Positions 46,757 through 56,536 are shown, counted from the first letter of the stretch. The stretch: DNA of 56,671 nucleotides from Planctomycetota bacterium (GCA_045863855.1 BTVV01000033.1:1-56671), one strand, 5' to 3'. A program made the numbers and translations. The notes: generated by a model from the letters alone, not told the origin.

Positions 46757-47869
46757 CTACATCCATCCGAGGAAGGCCAAGACGATCTCGAAGACGATCA
46801 ACGCCACGATCATCATCTCCAGCAGCATCGAGCGCCGTACGTCGATCTCGTGCAGCACGTTCTGATACAGATCCTTCAGCGTCTCCAATTTTTCATCCAC
46901 CGTGCGCCGGTAATCGGTCACATGCAGGCGGCCCGCCACGCCCATGTACACGCGCGCCAGGTACCATTCTCCGAAGAACTTGCTCGTGTTCGCCAGCTCA
47001 TCCGAGACCTTGGCCATGTCCATCCGCACTTCGGCCAGCTCGCGGCTCATCCGCCACGCCTGCCGAGCGACAAGGCGCGGGCGCTTGGCCAGCGCCTCGA
47101 ACTCTCCGTAGCCGCGCTCCAGCACCCCGTCGAGGTAGCGGTCGTATTTGCGCAGCACCAGCAACTGCAAATTCGCGACTTCGAAGACGTACAGCAGATC
47201 CTCGTACGCGCCGCCCGGCTCCAACACGAACGCCGCGTCCCAGTCCACCACCACCAGATCGTCCCTGTAATAACTGAAGCGCTGCCGTAGCGTGTCTTCG
47301 ATCTCGCCGGCGGAAAGCCGATCCGGATGCGCTTCGCTTAACAGCAGACCCGCGATCTCTGCACGCCGGTCGGCCAGCAGCCGTTCGCCATCGCACACCG
47401 GGCCCGTCACCGCGTATATCGTGTAGCGTTCGGCCTCGATCTGAACCGGAAAGAACGCGTCTATCGCCGGCTTCAAAAGCGCAAGCAGCCGGTCCTCGAT
47501 ACGCTCGAACAGATCCCGGATTCCGCCTCCGGTGCCCTCCCACGCCCCGCGCCACTCGCCGGCCTTCGCGAAATCGCCCAGCACCGCGCCTTCCACCGGC
47601 ACGCGAAGCATCAGCGCCAATCCACCTACCTCGTGCAGCCGCGCCGAGAGACGCACCGGCCGGCCCGCGGCGTCCCCCAACTCCAGCCCCAGCGCACTTA
47701 AATTCAGCGCCAAGGGCTCCCCGAAATTCACGTACTCCGGAGCGCTGCGCGGCGTCTTCGGCGCGGCGCCTTCGGCCAGCGGCCCCAGCGCCGCGCGCGC
47801 CTGCGGCAGGTTCACCGTTCCGCCCAAGTCGTAAATGCGCAGGAAGATCGTCTCGCCCGTGTAAGCCAT
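46757..47869 (-). CDS. Hypothetical protein, RMD1/DUF155-like with C-terminal TM helix
   Basis: SYYRDDLVVVDWDAAFV, E.AN.QL..LR.YD..LD, YLARVY, C-terminal LE..IV.LI.FEI. Confidence 0.6.
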   Translation of the reverse strand: MAYTGETIFLRIYDLGGTVNLPQARAALGPLAEGAAPKTPRSAPEYVNFGEPLALNLSALGLELGDAAGRPVRLSARLHEVGGLALMLRVPVEGAVLGDFAKAGEWRGAWEGTGGGIRDLFERIEDRLLALLKPAIDAFFPVQIEAERYTIYAVTGPVCDGERLLADRRAEIAGLLLSEAHPDRLSAGEIEDTLRQRFSYYRDDLVVVDWDAAFVLEPGGAYEDLLYVFEVANLQLLVLRKYDRYLDGVLERGYGEFEALAKRPRLVARQAWRMSRELAEVRMDMAKVSDELANTSKFFGEWYLARVYMGVAGRLHVTDYRRTVDEKLETLKDLYQNVLHEIDVRRSMLLEMMIVALIVFEIVLAFLGWM

Positions 47870-47876
47870 AGCCCTA

Positions 47877-48722
47877 TTATCCGGCCGCCGGGCCGCGGTA
47901 ATCGAACCAGCTTCGCGCCGTCTCGATCAGCCGCACCTGATGCAGCGCCACCTTTCCGCCGTCCCGGCATGCGGGAATCTCCGGCTCCAGCAGTTCCCAG
48001 ATCGTCCGCGCGATATTCTCCGCCGTCGCCACGCGGTTCTTAAAGTACGGCGTATCCAGATCCAGATGCTTGTGGTCGAAGCGCGACTCCACCCCATCCT
48101 CCAGCAACTTCTCGAAGCGCCCCAGATCGATCACGATCCCCGTCCGCGGATCGGCCTCGCCTTTTACCGTCACTTCGGCGACGTAATTGTGCCCGTGCCC
48201 GTTCGGATTGTTGCACTTCCCGTAGATGCGTACATTCTCCTCGGCGCTTAACGCCGGCGCGTGCAGGCGGTGCGAAGCCGCGAACTCGATCGAACGCGTC
48301 AGATACACCATGGACGGATCCTTTCCTTCCAGCCGCACCGACATCCCGGGATGCTCTTCCAGCCGCAGCGCCGTCGCGTGCGCCGCGCCCAGACGCTTGG
48401 GCAGCCGCGCCCACAGCACCTGCGCAAGCCGCTCCGTCGTCGGCACCGCGTCCGCGAACTCCGCAAGCGCCGTGTTCAGCATTTTATGGTCGATCGGTGC
48501 GAGCAAATCCTGCAAAACCCGGTCCAGATCCTTGATGTTCACCACCATCCCGTCGCGGTCGCTCACCGGGCCCTCGACCGTCACCTCCAGCACGTAGTTG
48601 TGCCCGTGCCCCGAAGGCTCCGCCGCGGCACCGAAAAGCCGCTCCAGCTCCGCCCGCGAGAGACCCCCGCCGCGGTAGATGTGCCCCGCCGTGAACGTCA
48701 CACGCCGCGTCAACGCCAGCAT
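47877..48722 (-). CDS. 6-pyruvoyl-tetrahydropterin synthase/QueD family protein with two tandem T-fold domains (281 aa)
   Basis: Two copies of F.A.H...GHGHNY..EVTV.G......G.V......DHK.L......T.E.LA. Start after GGAGGAG. Confidence 0.9.
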   Translation of the reverse strand: MLALTRRVTFTAGHIYRGGGLSRAELERLFGAAAEPSGHGHNYVLEVTVEGPVSDRDGMVVNIKDLDRVLQDLLAPIDHKMLNTALAEFADAVPTTERLAQVLWARLPKRLGAAHATALRLEEHPGMSVRLEGKDPSMVYLTRSIEFAASHRLHAPALSAEENVRIYGKCNNPNGHGHNYVAEVTVKGEADPRTGIVIDLGRFEKLLEDGVESRFDHKHLDLDTPYFKNRVATAENIARTIWELLEPEIPACRDGGKVALHQVRLIETARSWFDYRGPAAG

Positions 48723-48969
48723 CGCCTTCTCCTCCCCGGCGAGGATACCACCGCCCCCACACCGCGCCACCGGAAGGAGCCCGCGCCATGCTCGAACAGG
48801 TTGAGAGAATGTCGGCTATGCGATCGTGCCCACCTCACTTGTCTTAAACAGCGCCGCGCGCCATTCACGTCAAGGCTTGTCATGACACTCACTTGGGAGA
48901 GGCCGTAGTCCTTCGCGTCCCGTAAGGACGCCGTGAACGCGCGCACGCCGCGCCTCCACGGCGGAACAC

Positions 48970-49896
48970 TCACCCGTACGCCTTGCCCAGCGCCGCCGGA
49001 GCCCCCGTGCGCTTCTGCAGCGCCAATCCCAGCGCAGCCACCGTCAGCGCGTACGGCAGCATCTCCAGCAATTCGTACGGCGCGCGCACACCCGTCACCT
49101 GCAGGTAATCCCGCGCGCTGAACGCCGCGCCGAAGAACAAACACGCGCCCGCCGTGCCCCACGCTCCGTAACGCCCCAGCACCACCGCCGCCAGCGCCAC
49201 GAAGCCGCGCCCGCCCGTGCACTGCGGCGTGAAGCTCGCCGTCTGCGAGAGCGTCAAAAACGCGCCCGCCAATCCGCCCAGCATCCCAGCCGCCAAACAC
49301 GCCTTGAACCGGCACGCCGCAACGCTCACCCCGCTCGCCTCCGCCGCCGCCGGATGTTCTCCCACCGCGCGCAGTTCCAACCCGCGCTCGCTCCGTTCCA
49401 GATACCACCACACCGCCGGAATCAGCATCAGCGCCAGCCACGTCAACACGCTTTGCGCGAAGAAGAACGGTCCCAGCACCGGCACGCCGCTCCACGCAGG
49501 CAGCAGTTTCCCGAACGTAGGCGCGCTCCACGGACCTTCGCCCGCCTGCCGCAGCCGAGCGTCGAGAATCAAATACCCCGCCCCCGTCACGCCCAGCGCC
49601 ACCAGGTTCAGCGCCATCCCCACCACAATCGCATCGGACTTCACTCGCAGCGTCATCCACGCCAGAATCGCCGCCAGCGCCGCGCCCGCCGCCAGCGCCG
49701 CCAGCGCGCCCACCCACGGCGATCCGCTCGCCGCGCCCGCCAGAAACCCGAAGAACGCCCCCGACAGCATCACCCCTTCGATCCCGATGTTCAGCACCCC
49801 GCTGCGCTCGAGGATCAATTCCCCCAGCGCCGCCAGCAACAGCGGAGTCCCCACGCGAACGGTGGCCTCCAGAAACAATCCCAACGCTTCGTCCAT
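48970..49896 (-). CDS. ABC transporter permease (nucleoside/simple sugar, BPD_transp_2)
   Basis: TPLLLAALGE...ERSGVLNIGIEG.ML, GL.LRAVGEHP.AA..SGV, GRGFVALAAVVLG, LPYALT. Confidence 0.92.
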   Translation of the reverse strand: MDEALGLFLEATVRVGTPLLLAALGELILERSGVLNIGIEGVMLSGAFFGFLAGAASGSPWVGALAALAAGAALAAILAWMTLRVKSDAIVVGMALNLVALGVTGAGYLILDARLRQAGEGPWSAPTFGKLLPAWSGVPVLGPFFFAQSVLTWLALMLIPAVWWYLERSERGLELRAVGEHPAAAEASGVSVAACRFKACLAAGMLGGLAGAFLTLSQTASFTPQCTGGRGFVALAAVVLGRYGAWGTAGACLFFGAAFSARDYLQVTGVRAPYELLEMLPYALTVAALGLALQKRTGAPAALGKAYG

Positions 49897-49931
49897 CGCG
49901 AACCTCGACCGCCTGGGTAAAGCCTGCCCAT

Positions 49932-50021
49932 CCTCAATTTCGAACTTTGAACTTTTGATTTCGAATTCAACGCTCAAGCAAGCGTCGGCCGCCCCAGCCG
50001 TTCAATCCCGATCCAAAATCC
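49932..50021. repeat. AT-rich degenerate heptamer tandem repeat with an inverted arm
   Basis: CCTCAAT TTCGAAC TTTGAAC TTTTGAT TTCGAAT at 49932-49966 and the complementary-type arm TTCAATC CCGATCC AAAATCC at 50001-50021. Confidence 0.6.
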
Positions 50022-51070
50022 TACCGTCCCGGCAACCGCAGCCCGCGCACCAGCAACGCCAGGATCAGCAGCCCCTCGACGAGATACACCACCTGGCTCG
50101 GCACGCCGGCGCTCCGTTCCATGCTCCTCGCGCCCGTCTCCAGCAGGCCGAAAAAGAGCGCCGCCGGAAGTACGCCCAGCGGATGCAGCCCCGCCACCAG
50201 CGCCACCGCGATCGCCATGTAGCCGTAATCGGCGTACGGATTCATGTTCGGCAAGTAACCCAGCGCCATCACCACCAGCGCCCCGCCCATCCCCGCCAGC
50301 GCGCCCGATCCCGCGAAGACCGCCCACGTCACCCGCGCCACCGGGATTCCGCACGCGCCCGCCGCGTCGGCGTTCAAGCCCGCCGCGCGCACGCTCAACC
50401 CCGCGCGCGTGTGCTGCATCACGTAATAAAGGTAGCCCGCCACGGGCAGCGCCAGGAAAACGCCGGCGTGAAAACTCGTCCCGCCCCACGCCGCCAGCGT
50501 CGCGCCCGCCGGCAGCGGCGCGCTCTGTTGATGCACTTCCGCAGGATTCTTCAGAAGTCCGTCGTAGCTCGTCAGGAGCGCCAAGAGCTTCAGCGCCACC
50601 GCGTTCAGCATCAGCGTCACGATCACTTCACTCACGCCGCGCCACTGCTTCAACGCCGCCGCGATGCTCGACCATGCCGCGCCTGCCAGCGCTCCCGACA
50701 AGAGCACCAGCGGAAGCGCCACCGCCCCCGGCGTCCCCGCGCCCAGCACCTTCACGCCCATCGCCGCGCCGGCCGCCATCCCCGCGGCCATCTGCCCTTC
50801 CGCGCCGATGTTGAACAGCCCCGCGCGAAACGAAAGCGCCACCGCCAAGCCCGAGAACGCCAGCACCGCCGCGCGCGAAAGCGACTCGCCCCAGCCCACC
50901 CGGCTCCCCGCCGCCCCGCGCACCAGCGCCCGAAACGCCGCAGCCGGATCGGCCCCGCACAGCTTCACCGCCAGCGCCACCACAGCGATCAGCGCCAGCG
51001 GAAGTAACACCAGCACCCAGTTCGCGCGCGCGCGCGCTTCCGGAACGGGCGCTTCGGCCCCCGCGCTCAT
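50021..51070 (-). CDS. ABC transporter permease (nucleoside/simple sugar)
   Basis: GLAVALSFRAGLFNIGAEGQ, EVIVTLMLN, GLNADAA..GI, SGALAG.GG, YGY.AIAVAL. ATGA overlap with the ATPase stop. Confidence 0.92.
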   Translation of the reverse strand: MSAGAEAPVPEARARANWVLVLLPLALIAVVALAVKLCGADPAAAFRALVRGAAGSRVGWGESLSRAAVLAFSGLAVALSFRAGLFNIGAEGQMAAGMAAGAAMGVKVLGAGTPGAVALPLVLLSGALAGAAWSSIAAALKQWRGVSEVIVTLMLNAVALKLLALLTSYDGLLKNPAEVHQQSAPLPAGATLAAWGGTSFHAGVFLALPVAGYLYYVMQHTRAGLSVRAAGLNADAAGACGIPVARVTWAVFAGSGALAGMGGALVVMALGYLPNMNPYADYGYMAIAVALVAGLHPLGVLPAALFFGLLETGARSMERSAGVPSQVVYLVEGLLILALLVRGLRLPGR

Positions 51071-52599
51071 GCGCCCACCATCGCCGCGCCCACCGCGTCG
51101 CGCGATACGCCCCGCGAACCCAGCAGCGTCAGCGTCCCGCCGTACAGCACCCCCACGCGGTCCGAAAGCGCCAGCACCTCGTCCAAGTCCGACGAAATCA
51201 GCAGCACCGCCGCACCCGCTTCGCGCGCAGCCGCCACCAGCCGCCGCTGCACCGCCGCGGCTGCCGCGACATCCAGCCCCCGCGTCGGATTCGAAGCCAG
51301 CACCAGCTTGATCCCCCGCGAAAGCTCCCGCGCCGCGATCACCTTCTGCTGATTGCCGCCCGACAGCGCCCCCGCCGGAAGCGCCGGATCGGGCGGCGTC
51401 ACGCCGTACGCCTCCAGCCGGCCCCGCGCCCGCGCGATCATCCGCGCCGGACTCAGCCGCCAAGCTCCGCCCAGCTCCGCCGCGTGCTCGGCCTCGTACG
51501 CTTCGCGTAAGTGCAGGTTCTCCGCCAGGGACAGCTCCAGCACCAGCCCCTCGCGCTGCCGGTCGCCGGGAATCGAAGCCACCCCCGCCGCCGCGCGCGA
51601 GCGCACGCTTTGCGTCAAAAGCTCCGCCCCGCACAGCCGCGCGCTCGATCCCGCCGCCGCTCGCCGCGTCCCCGCCAGCGCCCCGGCCAGTTCGTCCTGA
51701 CCGTTCCCTTCCACGCCCGCCACGCCCAGGATTTCCCCCGCATGCAGCGTGAACGACGCGCCGTGCAAGCCCGTCCCGTGCTCCGCAGGCACCCGCAGCG
51801 CGCGCACCTCCAGCACCGCCGCGCCCGGGCGAACCGCCGGCGCAGCGGCCGCGGCAGACGAAGCTTCGCCCACGATCATGCGCGCCAGTTCGTCCGACGA
51901 AAGCCCCTGCAGCGGACCTTCGAAGACCGTCCGCCCGCCGCGCAGCACCGTCACCGCCGAAGCCAGCGCGAAGACCTGGTCGAGCTTGTGCGTGATCAGC
52001 ACCAGCGTCCGGCCCGCCGCGCGAAGCGTCTCCAACGTCCGGAAAAGCTGATCCACCTCCGGCGGCGCCAGCACCGCCGTGGGCTCGTCGAGCAACAGAA
52101 TCCGCGCGCCACGCGTCAGCGCCTTCAGGATCTCCACGCGCTGGCGCATCCCCACTCCCAGGTCGCTCACCCGGGCCCGCGGATCGACGCGCAGCCCCGA
52201 CTCCGCGCTCAAGCGCTCCAGATCCTCTTCCGCCTGCCGCCGCGGAAAGCGCCAGCCCCCCGGCGATGCCCGCCGCCCCAGCGCCACGTTCTCCGCCACG
52301 CTCAAAGCCTCGGCGAGCAAGAAGTGCTGATGCACCATCCCGATGCCCGAGCCCACGGCGTCCAGCGGCGATGCGAACGACGCGGGCCGACCGAAAACCT
52401 CGAGCGACCCCGCGTCGGGGCGCAGCAGCCCCGATATCAGATTCATTAAGGTGGATTTGCCCGCGCCGTTCTCGCCCGCCACCGCGTGGATCGAACCCGC
52501 CGCCACCGTCAGGTCCGCCGCGTGCAGCGCCTGCACCGCGCCGAAGCGTTTGCTCAAGCCTGCGCACCGAATCGCAGGCGCGGTCGAAGAAGCGTTCAT
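51067..52599 (-). CDS. ABC transporter ATP-binding protein, double domain (nucleoside/sugar type)
   Basis: Walker A GENGAGKST, MVHQHF, LLLDEPT, ITHKL, GVEGNGQ, LSGGNQQK, PTRGLDV. Confidence 0.96.
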   Translation of the reverse strand: MNASSTAPAIRCAGLSKRFGAVQALHAADLTVAAGSIHAVAGENGAGKSTLMNLISGLLRPDAGSLEVFGRPASFASPLDAVGSGIGMVHQHFLLAEALSVAENVALGRRASPGGWRFPRRQAEEDLERLSAESGLRVDPRARVSDLGVGMRQRVEILKALTRGARILLLDEPTAVLAPPEVDQLFRTLETLRAAGRTLVLITHKLDQVFALASAVTVLRGGRTVFEGPLQGLSSDELARMIVGEASSAAAAAPAVRPGAAVLEVRALRVPAEHGTGLHGASFTLHAGEILGVAGVEGNGQDELAGALAGTRRAAAGSSARLCGAELLTQSVRSRAAAGVASIPGDRQREGLVLELSLAENLHLREAYEAEHAAELGGAWRLSPARMIARARGRLEAYGVTPPDPALPAGALSGGNQQKVIAARELSRGIKLVLASNPTRGLDVAAAAAVQRRLVAAAREAGAAVLLISSDLDEVLALSDRVGVLYGGTLTLLGSRGVSRDAVGAAMVGA

Positions 52600-52664
52600 A
52601 GCACCCGCAGTATGCCCGCTTTCACCGCCATCTCAATGCGCGCCGCACGATCGAGGATTCTCAT

Positions 52665-53264
52665 TCAAGCGAAGGTCCGCGCCATTCGCTCCGCGCGGCC
52701 CAGCCGCTTCAGATACTCCGCCAGCGATATCTCCACCGTCCCGAACTGCTGCAGATGCGGCGTCACGTACTGAACCTCCAGCAGCATGAAGGCTCGCTCG
52801 CGTAAGCGCTCCACCAGCTTCGCCAGCGCTACCTTCGAAGCGTCGGTCACGCGATGAAACTTGCTCTCCGCGCAAAACGCCGCGCCCACCTGCACGCCAT
52901 AGACGCCCCCGGCGAGTTGCCCCGCGTGCCAGACCTCTACCGAATGCGCCTGACCCGAAGCGTGCAGCGACCCGTATACCCGGTGAAAATCGCGCGTAAT
53001 CCACTCCGGCCGGCCTTCCGCGCAGCCGCGCATCACCTCGGCGAACGCGCGGTTGTACGAAACCTCGAACGTCCCGCGCCGCAGCGTCTTCGACAGCGAA
53101 CGCGAAACGTGAAAAGACTCCAGCGGAATAATCGCCCGCGGGTCCGGACGGTGCCACGTCACCACCCCGTGATCCGGCGCGCCCATCGGGAAAATTCCCT
53201 GCCGGTACGCCGCCGCGACCAGATCCGCGTCCAGTTCCCGAGTGATCCCGACCAGATCGTTCAT
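52665..53264 (-). CDS. aat: Leucyl/phenylalanyl-tRNA-protein transferase
   Basis: AYRQGIFPM, PDPRAII, SRSL.K, WIT, AHSVEVW, GG.YGV, ESKFH..DASKVAL, HL.QFG. Confidence 0.95.
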   Translation of the reverse strand: MNDLVGITRELDADLVAAAYRQGIFPMGAPDHGVVTWHRPDPRAIIPLESFHVSRSLSKTLRRGTFEVSYNRAFAEVMRGCAEGRPEWITRDFHRVYGSLHASGQAHSVEVWHAGQLAGGVYGVQVGAAFCAESKFHRVTDASKVALAKLVERLRERAFMLLEVQYVTPHLQQFGTVEISLAEYLKRLGRAERMARTFA

Positions 53265-53313
53265 CGCTCCATTATCCCGCGCCGACGGCACGCCTGGCAA
53301 GACACCGAAGGTT

Positions 53314-53390
53314 GGTAAACGGTGAATGGTAAGCGGTAACGTCAACCTCAACCTCCCGAACATCAACGCCGTTGCCGTTCACCATTTCCC
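53314..53390. repeat. Heptamer/hexamer tandem repeats arranged as an inverted repeat
   Basis: GGTAAAC GGTGAAT GGTAAGC GGTAAC GTCAAC CTCAAC ... GTTGCC GTTCACC ATTTCCC. Confidence 0.6.
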
Positions 53391-53440
53391 TCCTTCCGCT
53401 CTCCTTGCTCACCCCGGCGCCGCCCGCTATCCTGCCCGCC

Positions 53441-53971
53441 ATGCCCACGCTGCGCCTGATGCAGACCACCGCCCGCGCCGACGCTTGGCCGGACATCTGC
53501 GCGCTATCCGGCGATACCGCCGCGGTCACCGCGCGCGAGATCAACGTGCCGATGGCGCAAGGCGGAGCGATCCGGCTGCATCTCCCGCTCACCGAACGCT
53601 CCTACCGGCGCTGCCACGCCGTCCGGCGCATTCACGCCATCGCCGTCACCGTCGCATGGCTCAGCCCCGTAGCCGGCATGACCGTCTCCGCCGCAAGCCA
53701 CTCCGTCGCCGGCGTGATGGTCTACCTCGCGGCCTGCGCCCTCCCGCTCCTGACCCGCTACGCGCTCATCGACGGCTACCTCCCGCGCGTCGAAGCCTCC
53801 CGCGACGGCGCCCTCATCCTCTTTCTCCCGCACGCCGCAGCCGCCGAAAAACTCCAACGCGCCGCCGATCTGACCGAAGCTCTGCTCCACTTTGCCCAAC
53901 GCCGGCCCCAGATCCCATCAGCACCTTCTGCACCTTCAGCAACCGAAGCGCCAGCGCTCCCCCAGCCCTAA
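53441..53971 (+). CDS. Hypothetical membrane protein (two TM helices, 176 aa)
   Basis: ATG start, two hydrophobic segments, genome-like codon usage. Fills the gap between aat and yaiI. Confidence 0.5.
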   Translation: MPTLRLMQTTARADAWPDICALSGDTAAVTAREINVPMAQGGAIRLHLPLTERSYRRCHAVRRIHAIAVTVAWLSPVAGMTVSAASHSVAGVMVYLAACALPLLTRYALIDGYLPRVEASRDGALILFLPHAAAAEKLQRAADLTEALLHFAQRRPQIPSAPSAPSATEAPALPQP

Positions 53972-53985
53972 CGGCCAGCCCAAGT

Positions 53986-54079
53986 TCTAGATTTTAATTT
54001 TGGATTTTGAATGTCATACGTTGCCGCTTGCAGTTTGAAGTTTGTTGGGTTCTTGCCGTTTGAATTTTGAGTCTCGAAC
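53986..54079. repeat. AT-rich degenerate heptamer tandem repeat
   Basis: TTTGGAT TTTGAAT ... GTTGCCG CTTGCAG TTTGAAG TTTGTTG ... TTTGAAT TTTGAGT CTCGAAC, between convergent genes. Confidence 0.65.
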
Positions 54080-54089
54080 TGACTTCCCC

Positions 54090-54536
54090 CTACCGTTTCC
54101 TCTGCGCCTGAATCACCCGGTCCATTTGCTGCAAAAACGCCGACCGGTCCCGCTTGTCGAACGGCGCCGGCCCGCCCGTCACCGCGCCCATCTCGCGCAG
54201 CTTCGAAAGCATCTCCCGCCGCGCCACCGCTTCCCCGATCGACGCCTCGCTGAAGACGCCGCCCTTGAAATCCAGCACCCACGCGCCGGCCTTCACGCAG
54301 CGCGCGGCCAGCGGAATATCGGCCGTCACCACCAGGTCACCGCTCTCGGCGCGCTCCGCGATCCAATTGTCGGCCGCGTCGAATCCGCCGTCCACGAGCA
54401 CCAGTTCCAGCCCCGCGCCCGCAGGAATTTGCATCCCGGAATTGGAGACAAAATAAACCGGCAATTGGCAGCGCAGCGCCACACGAGCCACCTCGGCCTT
54501 CACCGGACACGCGTCCGCATCCACGAAAATCCGCAC
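54090..54536 (-). CDS. YaiI/YqxD (DUF188, PIN-like) family protein
   Basis: IFVDADACPVK, DAADNWI, GDLVVTADIPLA, GGPAPF..DRS.F. GTG start after AAGGAG. Confidence 0.93.
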   Translation of the reverse strand: MRIFVDADACPVKAEVARVALRCQLPVYFVSNSGMQIPAGAGLELVLVDGGFDAADNWIAERAESGDLVVTADIPLAARCVKAGAWVLDFKGGVFSEASIGEAVARREMLSKLREMGAVTGGPAPFDKRDRSAFLQQMDRVIQAQRKR

Positions 54537-54694
54537 CGCGCCGCTCCTTTGCGTATCGTCTGCCTTCACCGTACGGCCATCCGCGCGCACAAACTTAAAA
54601 ATCAAAAAACACAGGCGCAAGAACAGTCACCGCATTTTATTGCACGTATGCGAGGGGTACAGTTCGGTAAATGCAGGCAGCACGGAGTGACCCC

Positions 54695-55573
54695 ATGCCC
54701 GCCACGCTCGCGCCCAAACCCGTCTTCGACAACGGCCACTTCAAGAAAGATCAAAAGTTTGCCGTCTACGACGGACCGCTCGAAAACCTGCCCTACCCCG
54801 TTCGCTTCGACCTCGAAGCCGCCATTAACGGCATGTATAGCGACGGATTTGCCATCATTCCCGGCGTATTAAATGCCCAAGAAGTCGCCGAATTGCGCCG
54901 CATTATGGAAACCTCCGGCAAGCCCGACGAATACTACGACGAGACCGCCAAAGGCTGGTGCTTCAACAAGCATCTTACGGTCGCATACCACAAGGATCCG
55001 CACTTCCTGCGCTACATCGACCGTCCGGGCGTGGTGGACATCGCGCGAGCCGTCCTCGGCGCGGGCTGCCGCGTCCAGTCCGGAACGCTCTGGATCACCG
55101 GACCCGGGCGCAAGATGCCCATCCACGCCGACTTTCTGCCCGTCGCCCTGCCCGAAGCCTACGCTTCCGACCCGCGCGTCCGAGTCCCCATCGCCGAATG
55201 CGTCGCGCAGTTTTACCTCGACGATTTGACCGCCGATATCGGGCCCACCGTCGTCGTCCCCGGCAGCCATCGCTCCGGCCGCGCGCCCGAAGGCGAGACC
55301 GAATGGAACGGCATCAAACCCAAGGCCGCGATGCTCAAAGCCGGAGACGTGCTCCTCTTCCGCTTCGACTGCTGGCATGGCGCCTACTCCAACACGAACA
55401 AGGAAGGCCGCCGCCGCTACGTCATGCAGCTTTCCTACGCCCATCAACGGACCGAACCGGCCTATCCGCCTATGGTCTACGATCACTACTACAACCCCGA
55501 AGTCCTGAAGCTGGCCACGCCCGCTCAGCGCCAATTGCTGGGCGGCCGTCCGGCCAATAAAGCCGCCTATTAA
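54695..55573 (+). CDS. Phytanoyl-CoA dioxygenase (PhyH) family Fe(II)/2OG oxygenase
   Basis: DGFAIIPGVL, HAD iron motif, GPTVVVPGSH, KAGDVLLF, WHG, RRY. ATG after GGAG. Confidence 0.9.
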   Translation: MPATLAPKPVFDNGHFKKDQKFAVYDGPLENLPYPVRFDLEAAINGMYSDGFAIIPGVLNAQEVAELRRIMETSGKPDEYYDETAKGWCFNKHLTVAYHKDPHFLRYIDRPGVVDIARAVLGAGCRVQSGTLWITGPGRKMPIHADFLPVALPEAYASDPRVRVPIAECVAQFYLDDLTADIGPTVVVPGSHRSGRAPEGETEWNGIKPKAAMLKAGDVLLFRFDCWHGAYSNTNKEGRRRYVMQLSYAHQRTEPAYPPMVYDHYYNPEVLKLATPAQRQLLGGRPANKAAY

Positions 55574-55810
55574 CAGTGCGTCCTAGGCTCGGTCACGAAA
55601 CACTTCGAAGGCGGATGCGCCGCGCAGGTCCCCGCAAGCAGACGCCGAAGAAGGGTTTCGGGACAGTGCCTAATACCGGATCGCGTGGCGGCATCCGAGC
55701 GCCGGGCAAGAGAGGCGAGGCGGCACGCTGCGGCCGAGCGCCGCGTAATCGTCCTCCGAAATTTATTTTATTGTTCCGGAACCCGGACGCTGAAATTCGT
55801 TCCGAGCGCG

Positions 55811-56536
55811 CTATTTGATCTTCAAGACCGGCTTGAGCAACTCGAAGAAAACCGCGGCCAGCTTCTCGTCGCCCACGGCGTTCGGATGGACCCAATCGAC
55901 CGTGCACGTCCCGGGCAGGTCCGGCTTGCTGACCCAGCCCCCGGACGTCACGGCGCTCAGCACCGGCGAGTCGGCGGTAGTCAGCTTCCCCGCCAGCTCG
56001 GCGTACGCCTTGCCCAGTTCGGGAAACGGCTTCCACTCCTGAAACGGCTGCCCGATCACGATCGTCATCTTGGGATTATTCGCGCGCAGCGTCGCGACGA
56101 TCTCTTCCATCGCTTTCAGCGTCGGCTCGAGCGACTTTTCCTTCTCTTTGTCGTTCGTGCCCAGCATGACGATCGCGAGGTCGGCCTTCCACGTCTTGGA
56201 CGACTCCTTGAGCGCGTCGCTGACGGCCTGCGTCGTCCAGCCCCAGTAGCCCTCGTGGTCGTTTACGAACGGCTTGCCGCCGTGATCGGGGTACTCGGGC
56301 GAACCTTCGAAGCCTGTCTTGCGCGCGCCTACGAAGTTCACCGCCACGCCCGCATCGACGAACTTCTTCCACAACGGATACCGGTAACTCAGCGTCGGCG
56401 TCGCCTTGCCCCCGCCCTTACGCCCCTGCGTGATCGAATCCCCGATGCAAACCACCCGCAGCGGCTCCGCCGCCCAAGCGTACCCGATCGACCCGAACGC
56501 CACGCAAGCCAGCACCCACCCCATCGCGATCTTCAT
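55811..56536 (-). CDS. Secreted SGNH/GDSL hydrolase
   Basis: Signal peptide, IGDSITQG, HEGYWG, LGTND, DWVHPN. Confidence 0.92.
   Translation of the reverse strand: MKIAMGWVLACVAFGSIGYAWAAEPLRVVCIGDSITQGRKGGGKATPTLSYRYPLWKKFVDAGVAVNFVGARKTGFEGSPEYPDHGGKPFVNDHEGYWGWTTQAVSDALKESSKTWKADLAIVMLGTNDKEKEKSLEPTLKAMEEIVATLRANNPKMTIVIGQPFQEWKPFPELGKAYAELAGKLTTADSPVLSAVTSGGWVSKPDLPGTCTVDWVHPNAVGDEKLAAVFFELLKPVLKIK

Noticed and set aside
51071..52567. 848-aa ORF suggesting a giant permease
   Set aside because: The first about 500 aa are an alternative frame of the ATPase gene. The permease starts at 51070 with an ATGA overlap.
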